A DNA stretch of 64,000 nucleotides from positions 62,001 through 126,000 of the forward strand of contig NIVC01000913.1 of the NCBI GenBank assembly GCA_002269645.1. The letters run 5' to 3'. Below the pieces are notes generated by a model, which saw only the letters and a list, made by a program, of their open reading frames with translations, was not told where the DNA came from and made no database searches. Below, in pieces: positions 24,043-38,970 of the stretch. Made by a program: the position numbers and the translations under genes. Position 1 is the first letter of the stretch. Every line of letters begins with the position of its first letter. The stretch comes from Macrostomum lignano (taxonomy: Eukaryota).

Positions 24043-24832
24043 TTAAGTAGAATTTGAGCTATAAGGCAAGTATAGCTATGTATCCTTTATTGCAAAGATC
24101 CTTTGAATTTTATTTTCATGCAATAACTAGATTTCTTTAAGAATACTTTGTAGTTCCATTATTATGGCTCTTCTAATGGCTTTTACATTAAGAACATGAG
24201 TTCTTTTGAGTATCTCCGAGTTTAAAGAATAAAAAATATAGAACTAGGTTAGGCAAATTTAAAGGCTATTTTAAGTATAACAATATTATTGTTTGCAAGA
24301 TACTACTTAAAATTTCTATATTGTATAGTAGCATGTTGATAGAACTATAAGTGTATCTTTTAAAAAATCTTATTTAGAAAGAAACAGTAAATGCAAGATC
24401 TTTTTGTTTATATGCTAATTGATAGTCTATCTTTGAACTAGAAACTTTATATGTATAATATCCCTTATATCAAATAAAACAATGAGCATTAAGCTTCACT
24501 TATATTGCCATGTCTTTATTTGTCTTTGTAATCCTGGTTGCATCTATTCAAGGCTTTAGGGAATAGTAAATTAGTAATATTACTATTTTAAAGTAGCCTT
24601 TATATTTGCCTAACCTATCTCTGTGTATTTTTTTAAGCTCAAGTCAAGGTGCTTGAAGCAACTAATTTTCTTGATATAGAAGCCATCAAGAGAGCCACAA
24701 TAATGGACCCCTAGAATATTTCTGAAGAAGCCTAGTACCGTTTGGAGGCATTGTGCAAAAAGATAGCTAAGTGTATTCAACTCATGGGAGAGTATTTTAA
24801 TAGGGCAGCTCAGATTCTACTCAGATTTTCAA
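24043..24832. repeat. Old diverged inverted repeat (arms about 24043-24290 and 24575-24832)
   Basis: TTCCATTATTATGGCTCTTCTAATGGCTT and TAGGTTAGGCAAATTTAAAGGCTA are matched in order by the reverse complement of the second arm. Confidence 0.75.
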
Positions 24833-24842
24833 TTCAAGTTGA

Positions 24843-27075
24843 ACAAAGTTTTAAGTCATAGTGGATTTATGTTAAAAATGACAAATCATTATTTAATAGT
24901 ATATTTATAAAATTTGTATTGCTGTCACTTTGAGATTAAAAGAATATTTGCATAAAAGTGCATGCAGCATGGAAAGTACAGGAAACTATTCACAAGAGTT
25001 ATCACAGCCCAATATGAGCTCTGGAACACAAAGCATGCACAGTATACAAGATATACAAAACAGTTTCTATATGCAAATACAAAACGTAAATACAAAACGT
25101 TCAGAGGCTCATATAATCTATCGATTTGATGAGTCAGCCAGTGCCAGACCTGACTGGTTCTCCTTCGCCAGCGGGTAGTGGGTCCTGAGCACGCAGCCAG
25201 TTGAATCCTGAGCAGGAGCCGCGATGTTCTTGAGCTGCAGAGGCTGTCTATGGTAGAACTCTGGCAGATGGCAGCTCACCTCAGTCTCACCAAGTTCGAT
25301 CACAACACTCGTTGAAGTTTCCGACGCTAAGCTCTGAAGTCGCTCCCGCAGCACCGCCACGCTGCTGCTGGGCCTGAAGCCATCAAAGCTGATTCTTCTG
25401 CAAGCCATGCTGATTACCTGCGATATGACTAATTAGTTATCTTATTTGGCTTTCGAATCTCAAGTAGATCAACGGGTAGCAGGGTTTACCTTTTATAATC
25501 TTCTTCCCCCTCTTTCTCGAGTTCGCACCTCTCGCCCTCCATTGCTAGCGCCAAACCAAAGGCCAGTAGAAAGCCGAGCTCTCTGATTGGCTGGCACACC
25601 GGGAGCTGCACGTGTGACGAAGCAGGTTAATTAAGTGCAGGTTAATTGAGACCACTTCACGGTGTGGGGGACTGGCGGGCAGTGAATAAAAAACTGACTC
25701 TAAAGAGAGACAGGCAGGTGAGCTAATTAATTAGCTATATCAGGAGGTGCGATAGCGGCCGGATTTTCTTATCTGTCTGTCGGCGACTGCCGGAGCGCAA
25801 TGGCAGCCTTCTTTGAAGTTTGCCGACTATAGCTGCGCGTCTGTTGGTATCAGGCGTGGCAGATTGTTAGCACTTCGGTGTCTGGGTTAAACTGGGTTGC
25901 ACGATATTAATTAGTTTTGTTTGTTCTTCTGCTTGTATACTCTGTTTTATTTGTTTGTAAAGTGAATTTGTAACTTTGTTTGTTGACTTTAAGGATGAGT
26001 TTCAAGTCTTGGCAACTTAACACCAGATGATAAATCAAACAAGTGGCCTCGCTGAAGAACAGGGGATAGAGTAGCGGCCCCATTAAAGTTCAGGGGATGG
26101 GGTAGCGGCCTCATTAGAGTACAGGGATGGGGTAGCGGCCCCATTAAAGTTCAGGGGATGGGGTAGCGGCCTCATTAGAGTTCAGGGAATCAGGGATGGG
26201 GTAGCGGCCTCATTAGAGTACAGGGATGGGGTAGCGTCCCTATTAAAGTTCAGGGGATGGGGTAGCGGCCTCATTAGAGTACAGGGATGGGGAAGCGGCC
26301 CCATTAAAGTTCAGGGGATGGGGTAGCGGCCTCATTAGAGTACAGGGATGGGGTAGCGTCCCTATTAAAGTTCAGGGGATGGGGTAGCGGCCTCATTAGA
26401 GTACAGGGATGGGGTAGCGGCCCCATTAAAGTTCAGGGGATGGGTCAGCGGCCCCATTAAAGTTCATGGGATGGGGTAGCGGCCTTATTAGAGTACAGGG
26501 ATGGGGTAGCGGCCCCATTAAAGTTCAGGGGATGGGTCAGCGGCCCCATTAAAGTTCATAGGATGGGGTAGCGGCCTCATTAGAGTACAGGGATGGGGTA
26601 GCGGCCCCATTAAAGTTCAGGGGATGAGTCAGCGGCCCCATTAAAGTTCATGGGATGGGGTAGCGGCCTCATTAAAGTTCAGGGGATAGGGTAGCGGCCC
26701 CATTAAAGTTCAGGGGTTAGGGTAGCGGCCCCATTAAAGTTCATGGGATTGGGTAGCGGCCCCATTAGAGTTCAGGGGACGGGGTAGCAGCATCATTAAA
26801 GTTCAAGGGATGGGGTAGCGGCCTCAATAAAAGACATGGGATGGGGTAGCGGCCTCATTAAAGTTCATGGGATGGGGTAGCGGCCTTATTAAAGTTCAGG
26901 GGATGGGGTAGCGGCCTTATTAAAGTTCAGGGGATGGGGTAGCGGCCTCATTAAAGTTCAGGGAATGGGGTAGCGGCCTCATTAAAGTTCAGGGGAAAGG
27001 GTAGCGGCCTTATTAAAGTTCAGGGAATCAGAGATGGGGTAGCGGCTTTATTAAAGTTCAGGGATGGGGTAGCAG
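24843..27075 (-). repeat. Right arm of the large inverted duplication (unique part 24843-26062, 31-bp array to 27075)
   Basis: Reverse complement of the left arm. Confidence 0.95.
25118..25408 (-). CDS. 96-aa orphan ORF, copy 2
   Basis: Same protein as 14399-14689 except G30E; one silent CAA/CAG difference also seen. Confidence 0.45.
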   Translation of the reverse strand: MACRRISFDGFRPSSSVAVLRERLQSLASETSTSVVIELGETEVSCHLPEFYHRQPLQLKNIAAPAQDSTGCVLRTHYPLAKENQSGLALADSSNR

Positions 27076-27243
27076 ACCAATAACTAAGTAGACATCTTTT
27101 GCCTTTTATTAACCTAGTTATGTTTGGAAATGTGCAATTTATTCAAATATTCCAATCATTTACGTATGTCCATGCTCGGCAATCAATATTAAGTTTAATT
27201 ATTGGAATGAAAATTAATTCAATTCCAGCTCTTATCCCAGCCA

Positions 27244-28964
27244 ATGCACTGGCTTGTAGTCTTTGTGCAAGTATCTTTGTTTGCTCTGCTGATTGGCCCG
27301 TCAACATCGTCATTTTCTGCTGACCAAGATCACTATTGTCGGGGTAATAATTAGTATATTTTGATTAAATTTCTGACGCGCTTGGTGATTAAATATGTAT
27401 TTTACCTAACTGTAGACCAGGTGACCGACTGTGTTGAATGCGACACGCAGCAGGACAGCCGCTGTGCTGATCCATTCGATACAGACTTATTGACCAGCGG
27501 CGCCTTGCAGTCTGTACGCTGCAATGGCGTCTGTTCGAAATTAGTGCAACGAAGTCCAGGTGTGCCTTATCAATATATTTGCCTGCATTATCTGAGAACC
27601 CGAGAATCTGACACACCTGAGAATCTGACCCACCTAAGAATCTGACCCACCTGAGAATCTGACCCACCTGAGAATCTGACCCACCTGAGAATCTGACCCA
27701 CCTGAGAATCTGACCCACCTAAGAATCTGACCCACCTGAGAATCTGACCCACCTAAGAATCTGACCCACCTTAGAATCTGACCCACCTGAGAATCTGACC
27801 CACCTGAGAATCTGACGCACCTGAGAATCTAACCCACCTGTTAATCTGACCCACTTGAGAATCTGACCCACCTGAGAATCTAACCCACCTGAGAATCTGA
27901 TACACCTGAAATTCAAACTCACCTGAGAATCTGACGCACCTGAGAATCTGACGCACCTGAGAATCTAACCCACCTGTTAATCTGACCCACTTGAGAATCT
28001 GACTCACCTGAGAATCTGATACACCTGAAATTCAAACTCACCTGAGAATCTGACGCACCTGAGAATCTAACCCACCTGAGAATCTGACGCACCTGAGAAT
28101 CTGACGCACCTGAGAATCTAACCCACCTGAGAATCTGACCCACCTGAGAATCTGACGCACCTGAGAATCTAACCCACCTGAGAATCTGACCCACCTGAGA
28201 ATCTGACGCACCTGAGAATCTGACCCACCTGAGAATCTGACCCACCTGAGAATCTGACAGACCTGAGAATCTGACCCACTTGATAATCTGACCCACCTGA
28301 GAATCTGACGCACCTGAGAATCTGACCCACCTAAGAAACTGACACACCTGAAAATCAAACTCACCTGAGAATCTGACGCACCTGAGAATCTGACCCACCT
28401 TAGAATCTGACCCACCTGAGAATCTGACCCACCTGAGAATCTGACCCACCTTAGAATCTGACCCACCTTAGAATCTGACCCACCTGAGAATCTGACCCAC
28501 CTGAGAATCTGACCCACCTGATAATCTGACCCACTTGATAATCTAACCCACCTGATAATCTGACAGACTTGAGAATCTGACCCACCTGATAATCTGACCC
28601 ACTTGATAATCTAACCCACCTGATAATCTGACAGACCTGAGAATCTGACCCACTTGATAATCTAACCCACCTGATAATCTGACAGACCTGAGAATCTGAC
28701 CCACCTGAGAAAATGACACAGCCAGGTGAGCTGTCCCGCCCCGCAGACTCAACTAGAGTTCGGCGGACCTGCTCTCAGAATCTCCGGCTGCAGAAATTGT
28801 CCCCCTATTTGGTCTGCATCGACGAATCGAGCGGCAATGGTCAACTCTGCTTTTGCGAAGAGAAAAACTGCAATTTTGCGCCGCCTGCTACTGGCGAAGC
28901 GGCTGGTGGTTTAGTGCTGCTGATGATTGCAGTCGGCAGAGCGACTGCCATGCTGTGTTGCTGA
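27244..28964 (+). CDS. qvr: Quiver/sleepless-like Ly6/uPAR three-finger protein, probably GPI-anchored; exons 27244-27343, 27416-27559, 28747-28964
   Basis: Signal peptide MHWLVVFVQVSLFALLIG; CVECDTQQDSRCADPF; VRRTC; LCFCEEKNCN; hydrophobic C-terminus. Two phase-1 GT-AG introns join in frame. Confidence 0.85.
27590..28712. repeat. 17-bp minisatellite (CACCTGAGAATCTGACC) filling intron 2 of the quiver-like gene
   Basis: Read directly. Confidence 0.95.
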
Positions 28965-30029
28965 CTAAATTTACCTGCTTTTTTTGCAAAGTTCGTTTTT
29001 TTCAGCAACAGTTTTGGCTGTGAAGTTTGTTCTTTTTTGCTGCTTCAAGTGCAGTTAGGGTAAGGTAGTTTGCAGGAGGGCAGTTGCCGTCAGCGCTGGT
29101 TATTTGGGACGATGTTGTTGATCCCTGAAGATGCACATGGATGCGTACGCAGGCACACGCTCACTGAGGGTGTACAGCAGCCCTGACTTTCTTCTCATCG
29201 TCACGCGTGTACACTCTGTGCCTTTGGAGGTGGGATGGATGAGTAAAAAGTAATTTCAAAATACGAGTAATTCGCTGCTGCATAAATCATATCGTTATCA
29301 ATTATGCTTAGTTTTTATACATTGCTGAGCACCCTTATGCTGCTTTACACAAAATGTTAATCATTTTTTGTATCGCGCACCTGCTATTTGAATTATTAAT
29401 TTTGCTGAGTTCAGTATTTAATAATTTTTCTATACGCGCACACTTGCAATTCCAGAGTGATATTTTAATGCCAGTTGTCGAAGACTTTAATTGGAATAAC
29501 AATCTATTTGTAGAACAGATATTTATTAGCATATTTTCCCATGTTTTATTAATGATTAACCTTGTACATGATTTTTTTGCTTTTAAACAGTAGAATTTTC
29601 TTTTTTTTCTAGCTAGTTTATTTGGCGGCATTTTTCCTATTCGCCTGTTTAAAAGTGTTCTTACAGTTGCTGACTTATCAAAGCTGAATGCTTTTTATTC
29701 TGATTAATAATTCCTATATGCTTTTATTGGTTTCAACCTTCATTAGCCGTAACTATTGTAATAGATTATTTATCAGTTTGCTTTGATTAATAATCATAGT
29801 GCTAAATACTTGAACACACCAGTTTATGTGCAATCCAGTCGGCTGTTCTATGCCATTTTTGTTTTAATCTAGTCTATAATTCACCCGTGCCGAGTTTTCA
29901 ACTCGGGTCGCGGAATTTTTCATTATTTAAGTATCAATTTTCGATAAAAGTTTACATGATACTTCCTTTAAAGTTAAAGGAAGCTCTAATAAACCAGAAA
30001 CTTAGCTCCAACGTTTATTCTTTCCACCT

Positions 30030-30290
30030 ACCTCACTCCCTCAGTGTACTTTCTGCCCGCTAAACCAACCTCACTCCCTCAGTGTACACTTTCTGCCCGC
30101 TAAACCAACCTCACTCCCTCAGTGTACACTTTCGGCCCGCTAAACCAACCTCACTCCCTCTGTGTACATTTTCTCCCCGCTAAACCAACCTCACTCCTTC
30201 AGTGTACACTTTCTGCCCGCTAAACCAACCTCACTCCCTCAGTGTACACTTTCTGCCCGCTAAACCAACCTCAATCCCTCTGTGTACAGT
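30030..30290. repeat. 40-bp tandem repeat, about 6 copies
   Basis: TAAACCAACCTCACTCCCTCAGTGTACACTTTCTGCCCGC. Confidence 0.95.
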
Positions 30291-30901
30291 TTCTCTTTTC
30301 CCGTAAAGTACAAGCCAGAACTTAATTGTTGTTTTACTAAACCTACTTTTTATAGTTGACCCAAAACTATTTTCCTGTGGTTTTCGCATTTTTACGATAC
30401 CAAAAATATTGTTACTTAAATGTTTTCCTCCTGTGTTTCCAATTTTTACTTAAACATATTTGTTTATTTAACTTGACAACACTTAGTGTACTGCATAACT
30501 TTTACTTGTACAGGTGATATTTTTATCTTGCATCAGATATATATTATAATTTTTATTGTTCCCCTAGCTTTTGACTAAAATTCCGGCCTCGATTACATGC
30601 GGTTTATTGCCATTAATTTGTTTATAACTGCTGTAGCTATTCTTAACTTTTAATTACACTGATTAAAATATGCAAGGAGAGCTCCTCGTTTTTTAGAGTT
30701 GTTACTTTGATTTTCCTGTATTCTCTTCTATATTGTTTTTCTACAACATTAGTTTTAAGGCTTTGTTGGGAATCGAACCAAGGACCTTTTAAGAAACAGA
30801 GCGGTATTAGTTAACTCTGTCCAGGTGATGTCTCTTGATATTCCGTCTTTCTACTTTAATAAGTAGTCTAATTTGCCTATACATTTTCTGTACAAAAAAG
30901 C

Positions 30902-34023
<3,122 letters not shown>

Positions 34024-34904
34024 ATTCAACATAACTTAACGCCTGATTTCCCCTATCTAATGGCCAGTCTGTTTTGAAAATTAACTTTAAGCAGATTTTT
34101 ACTTACTACTACTAACTTGTCTACTAATAGTAGCATCGAACGTAGATTTAATCAAAATTTAGTGAAGCTAAACTATATTAGCTATTAATGACCAACTCAC
34201 ACATCAGAGACATTCCGATGGTGTTTGAACATTTGAGTGTATTTGCTGTGTAGCTCACTTTCATTTCATTGCCTGCTAGCCTATATATTCTACTTTCAAC
34301 TGGCAATCCCATGACCTGCAGTCTGGTGTATTCGTTTTCTTTGTCGGAATTTTATTTAGCAGTAACACGGCTGCTGTTGCTGCTAATGTTACTACTAACA
34401 GCCGCACGTGCGCACATGATGATGTTTTTCTGATTTATTTATTCAGCTGAGTTTGACCCCGTCGCTTCATATATTTTTTTTATTAAATAATATATATATA
34501 TATACACTCATTTTTCTATACATTGCTATCATTTTGTTTGTTCGTTTGCGTCGTAAATCTCTCTTGCCTAGGAGGGCCTTAGAATGCAAGACAGGCAACC
34601 CCCGTGTCCTGGATACCGCCATTTTTTCTCTGAATAGCCATGCACTTGACGACAGCCAGACAATGGGAGATCTGGGACACCTGCCTTAACCCCCAGCCCC
34701 CTTACACCTGTGACACCTGCTTTCGTTAAGATTCTGCTTTTGTTGACTTGGATTTTTTGTTGGTTGCCAAGCGGCTGTCGTATTGCATGGCACCTGTCTG
34801 TCAATTTTATTAACTGCCTGCGTCTTCTTGTTTCCAGTTCCTGCCCATCCTTAACCTCTTTTTTTCGATTCAGTTCTGTTCTATTCTGCTGCCTATTGTT
34901 CCCC

Positions 34905-35420
34905 TGACCTTAGATCTCCCCTGACCTTAGATCTCCCCTGACCTTAGATCTCCCCTGACCTTAGATCTCCCCTGACCTTAGATCTCCCCTGACCTTAGAT
35001 CTCCCCTGACCTTCGATCTCCCCTCATCTCTGATCTTCCCTCACCTCTGATCTCCCCTCACCTCTGATCTCCCCTCCCCTCTGATCTCCCCTCACCTCTG
35101 ATCTCCCCTCCCCTCTGATCTCCCCTCACCTCTGATCTCCCCTCCCCTCTGATCTCCCCTCACCTCTGATCTCACCTCACCTCTGATCTCCCCTCACCTC
35201 TGATCTCCCCTCACCTCTGATCTCCCCTCCCCTCTGATCTCCCCTCACCTCTGATCTCCCCTCACCTCTGATCTCACCTCACCTCTGATCTCCGCTGACC
35301 TCTAATCTCCGCTGACCTTAGATCTCACCTCACCTCTGATCTCCCCTCACCTCTGATCTCCCCTCACCTCTGATCTCCCCTCACCTCTGATCTCCCCTCC
35401 CCTCTGATCTCCCCTCCCCT
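34905..35420. repeat. 17-bp minisatellite (GATCTCCCCTGACCTTA grading into GATCTCCCCTCACCTCT)
   Basis: Read directly. Confidence 0.95.
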
Positions 35421-35929
35421 CTTGAACTCTCATCTGATCTCAAAACTCTCAGCTCAACACTTCTTTCCTCATCTTACACAATATTTCCAGTAAAGTTCTG
35501 ATGACCAACATGTCATATTCTCAGCATGCCCACACAGTTCTCAAATTCAAAAATGGGTAAGCATGTGTCCCTAGCTACCATTAGCATGGTGTGTGCAATG
35601 ACATTTAATGTTGCTTTCTGATTATATTTTTTAAAAGTTGGGGCAACCCGTTATTGTTTTTTTGTTGAAAATTGCGCTTCCTCATCGATTTTTCCTTTGT
35701 TTCTTTTGTTTCAAAGCATATTGTGCAGGCAAGATTATTGTTTAATTGATGGATTTGTATTTATAATTAATTCTTAAGGAATATGAGAGAGGCTGTGACG
35801 GTACTGGGCTTGTAGCAACAGCAAATTACTGTTGAGTGCCTTTTTCTAATGCTATTCTGCGAGCTCTTGTGTCACTCTTCTGGATACGAATTTATCACTT
35901 ATTTATTTTTGACGCCATCTTTGACATCA

Positions 35930-36828
35930 AGGTGTGTCAGTCTGACGCCATCTTTGACATCAAGGGAGTGTCAGTCTGACGCCATCTCTGACATCAAGGG
36001 AGTGTCAGTCTGACGCCATCTCTGACATCAAGGGAGTGTCAGTCTGACGCCATCTCTGACATCAAGGGAGTGTCAGTCTGACGCCATCTCTGACATCAAG
36101 GGAGTGTCAGTCTGACGCCATATTTGACATCAAGGGAGTGTCAGTCTGACGCCATATTTGACATCAAGGGAGTGTCAGTCTGACGCCATCTCTGACATCA
36201 AGGGAGTGTCAGTCTGACGCCATATTTGACATCAAAGGAGTGTCAGTCTGACGCCATATTTGACATCAAAGGAGTGTCAGTTTGACGCCATCTCTGACAT
36301 CAAGGGAGTGTCAGTCTGACGCCATCTCTGACATCAAGGGAGTGTCAGTCTGACGCCATCTCTGACATCAAGGGAGTGTCAGTCTGACGCCATATTTGAC
36401 ATCAAGGGAGTGTCAGTCTGACGCCATATTTGACATCAAGGGAGTGTCAGTCTGACGCCATATTTGACATCAAGGGAGTGTCAGTCTGACGCCATCTCTG
36501 ACATCAAGGGAGTGTCAGTCTGACGCCATATTTGACATCAAAGGAGTGTCAGTTTGACGCCATCTCTGACATCAAGGGAGTGTCAGTCTGACGCCATCTC
36601 TGACATCAAGGGAGTGTCAGTCTGACGCCATCTCTGACATCAAGGGAGTGTCAGTCTGACGCCATCTCTGACATCAAGGGAGTGTCAGTCTGACGCCATC
36701 TCTGACATCAAGGGAGTGTCAGTCTGACGCCATCTCTGACATCAAGGGAGTGTCAGTCTGACGCCATATTTGACATCAAGGGAGTGTCAGTCTGACGCCA
36801 TATTTGACATCAAGGGAGTGTCAGTCTG
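35930..36828. repeat. 34-bp minisatellite (TCTGACGCCATCTCTGACATCAAGGGAGTGTCAG), about 26 copies
   Basis: Read directly; no spacers. Confidence 0.97.
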
Positions 36829-37439
36829 CTTTAAGAAGTAGTCGTGCAGCTATTTAATGAAAATGGCAATGTTAATCCAATCCGTTTGTTTGCTTCAAGC
36901 CTTGATTAAATTTAGCACAATGATTGCGCATAAATATTGCTGATCTAATTTCGCTAATCTGTTAATATTTTTATTTATAATCTTCTGCTAATTTTAAAGT
37001 CAAATTTATCCTAATATTTTAAGAATTGTGCTAACCGGGTCACCTGCACTCGCGCACAATGTCTTTTGAAATCTAATATTCTTTTCTACTAATAATGCAA
37101 ACAATTATTGTTTATTTGGATAAATGATTTATAACTGGCAGTGACATACAGCGGTTGTTGTTGTTTTGGAATAAAATACGACGGAAATTAAATGGCTTTA
37201 TTGTTTCTTGTCTCAGTGACACACTTTGGCACACGTAATTTTCAAAAACCATTCTATTTTTATATTCTATTTCTATAGAAAACGCGTTCTATGTTACTGA
37301 ATTCAGTAGTTGAGTATGGTATACAAAAAAGTAATGTTGATTTAAACCCAGGGTTCATCGGAAACCTCCAAACCGCTCGAATGGATGCACTATTGGTTTA
37401 TGTTCCAAGTATTTACGTTTTTAACCTCTCGCACTTTCT

Positions 37440-37710
37440 TGCTCTGTTTCTCCTCCTCCCCTCTATTCTCTCCCTTCTCCTCTTCTCTCCGATCAAACCT
37501 TTCCCTCCTCTCTCCCCTCCCTCTCTTTCCTTCTCCCCTCTCCCTCTTCTCTCCCTACTACTCTCCGCTCTCATCTCCTCCCCTCTCCATCTCCTCTCCC
37601 GTCTCCTTTTCCTCCTCTCACTTCCTCGGCCTCTCCTCTTCTCTCCTCTCCTTTCCACTCCCCTCTCCCCTCTTCTCTCTTCTTTTTTCACTCCTCTCCT
37701 TTCTCTTCAA
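37440..37710. repeat. Polypyrimidine low-complexity tract
   Basis: Read directly. Confidence 0.9.
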
Positions 37711-38629
37711 TAACAACAGCATGCAGACACGCAGACCCCAAAGTTCCAGTTGATCCGTTTTCTTATATATACTCTGCCGATACTGCCGCAAGTATAAGCT
37801 GGGATTATCTATCTGCCTGGTTTAAGCCCATCCCGGACCTTCATAACAGAACAAATCCAAAGTTATAACAAAGAAAGTCGTCTGGCTTTACAGACAAGAT
37901 AAATATAATTCTTAAACTTTCTTGGCCCGCCCACGTAGGCCCAGAGCTCAGCGAAGTCTTTGTTGTCTATGTAAATATCGAATGACAATGGCAGGTTGAC
38001 TTTTTTATGTGGGCTCGGATATTGTGAGAAATACAGGGGTGATGATGCAGGCGGGGCGGGTTGAGTGGCCTCGGTCGGGGCTGTTACGTAATTTGTTAAA
38101 TAACAATAATAAAGGACAGCGGAGACTGCGAGTCTGCAGGCTGTGTTTTGTATTGAATCCTACGCGCGACAAAGACTAGCTCTGTCGATATATAAAGTTG
38201 CAGTCTCTGTGGGAGGAAAAAAGAAGAAATTCTTTGTTTAAACTTCATCTCTGGAGGCCTGCAATTCGAGACGAAGACCCTCTTCTATTGTGCATAGGTG
38301 TCAAGACTTCAGGCCTCTCAATGGTGTCGGGTTCTTGATCTTGGTCTCGCGCTGCATGAGGAACTGAGGGTGTGCCGTGTCAAAGTTTGCTTTGCTCTAT
38401 TATCCAAGTTGAACTCATCCCATTCGATTCTATATGTACTGCTTCGTATTATATCATTGGATTTGCTGTTGTCAATGGCTTTATAAAATCCAAACTGTAA
38501 CAGATTAGCTGTTAAAGTTAAACAACAGAATTATAAACGTTACGTGCGTTGAGCTCTGTATATCGTATGGCATATGCAATTGGTAATGTAGATTACTCAT
38601 GACTAGCTGCTAAATTTTGTTACTAGTTG

Positions 38630-38970
<341 letters not shown>

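Noticed and set aside
30762-30790. B-box-like GGTTCGATTCC on the minus strand
   Set aside because: No A-box or cloverleaf; at most a SINE or tRNA remnant.
35930-36828. CRISPR-like regularity (34-bp partly palindromic unit); the 31-bp and 60-bp arrays were also considered
   Set aside because: The units are head-to-tail with no unique spacers, no cas genes, and the context is eukaryotic.
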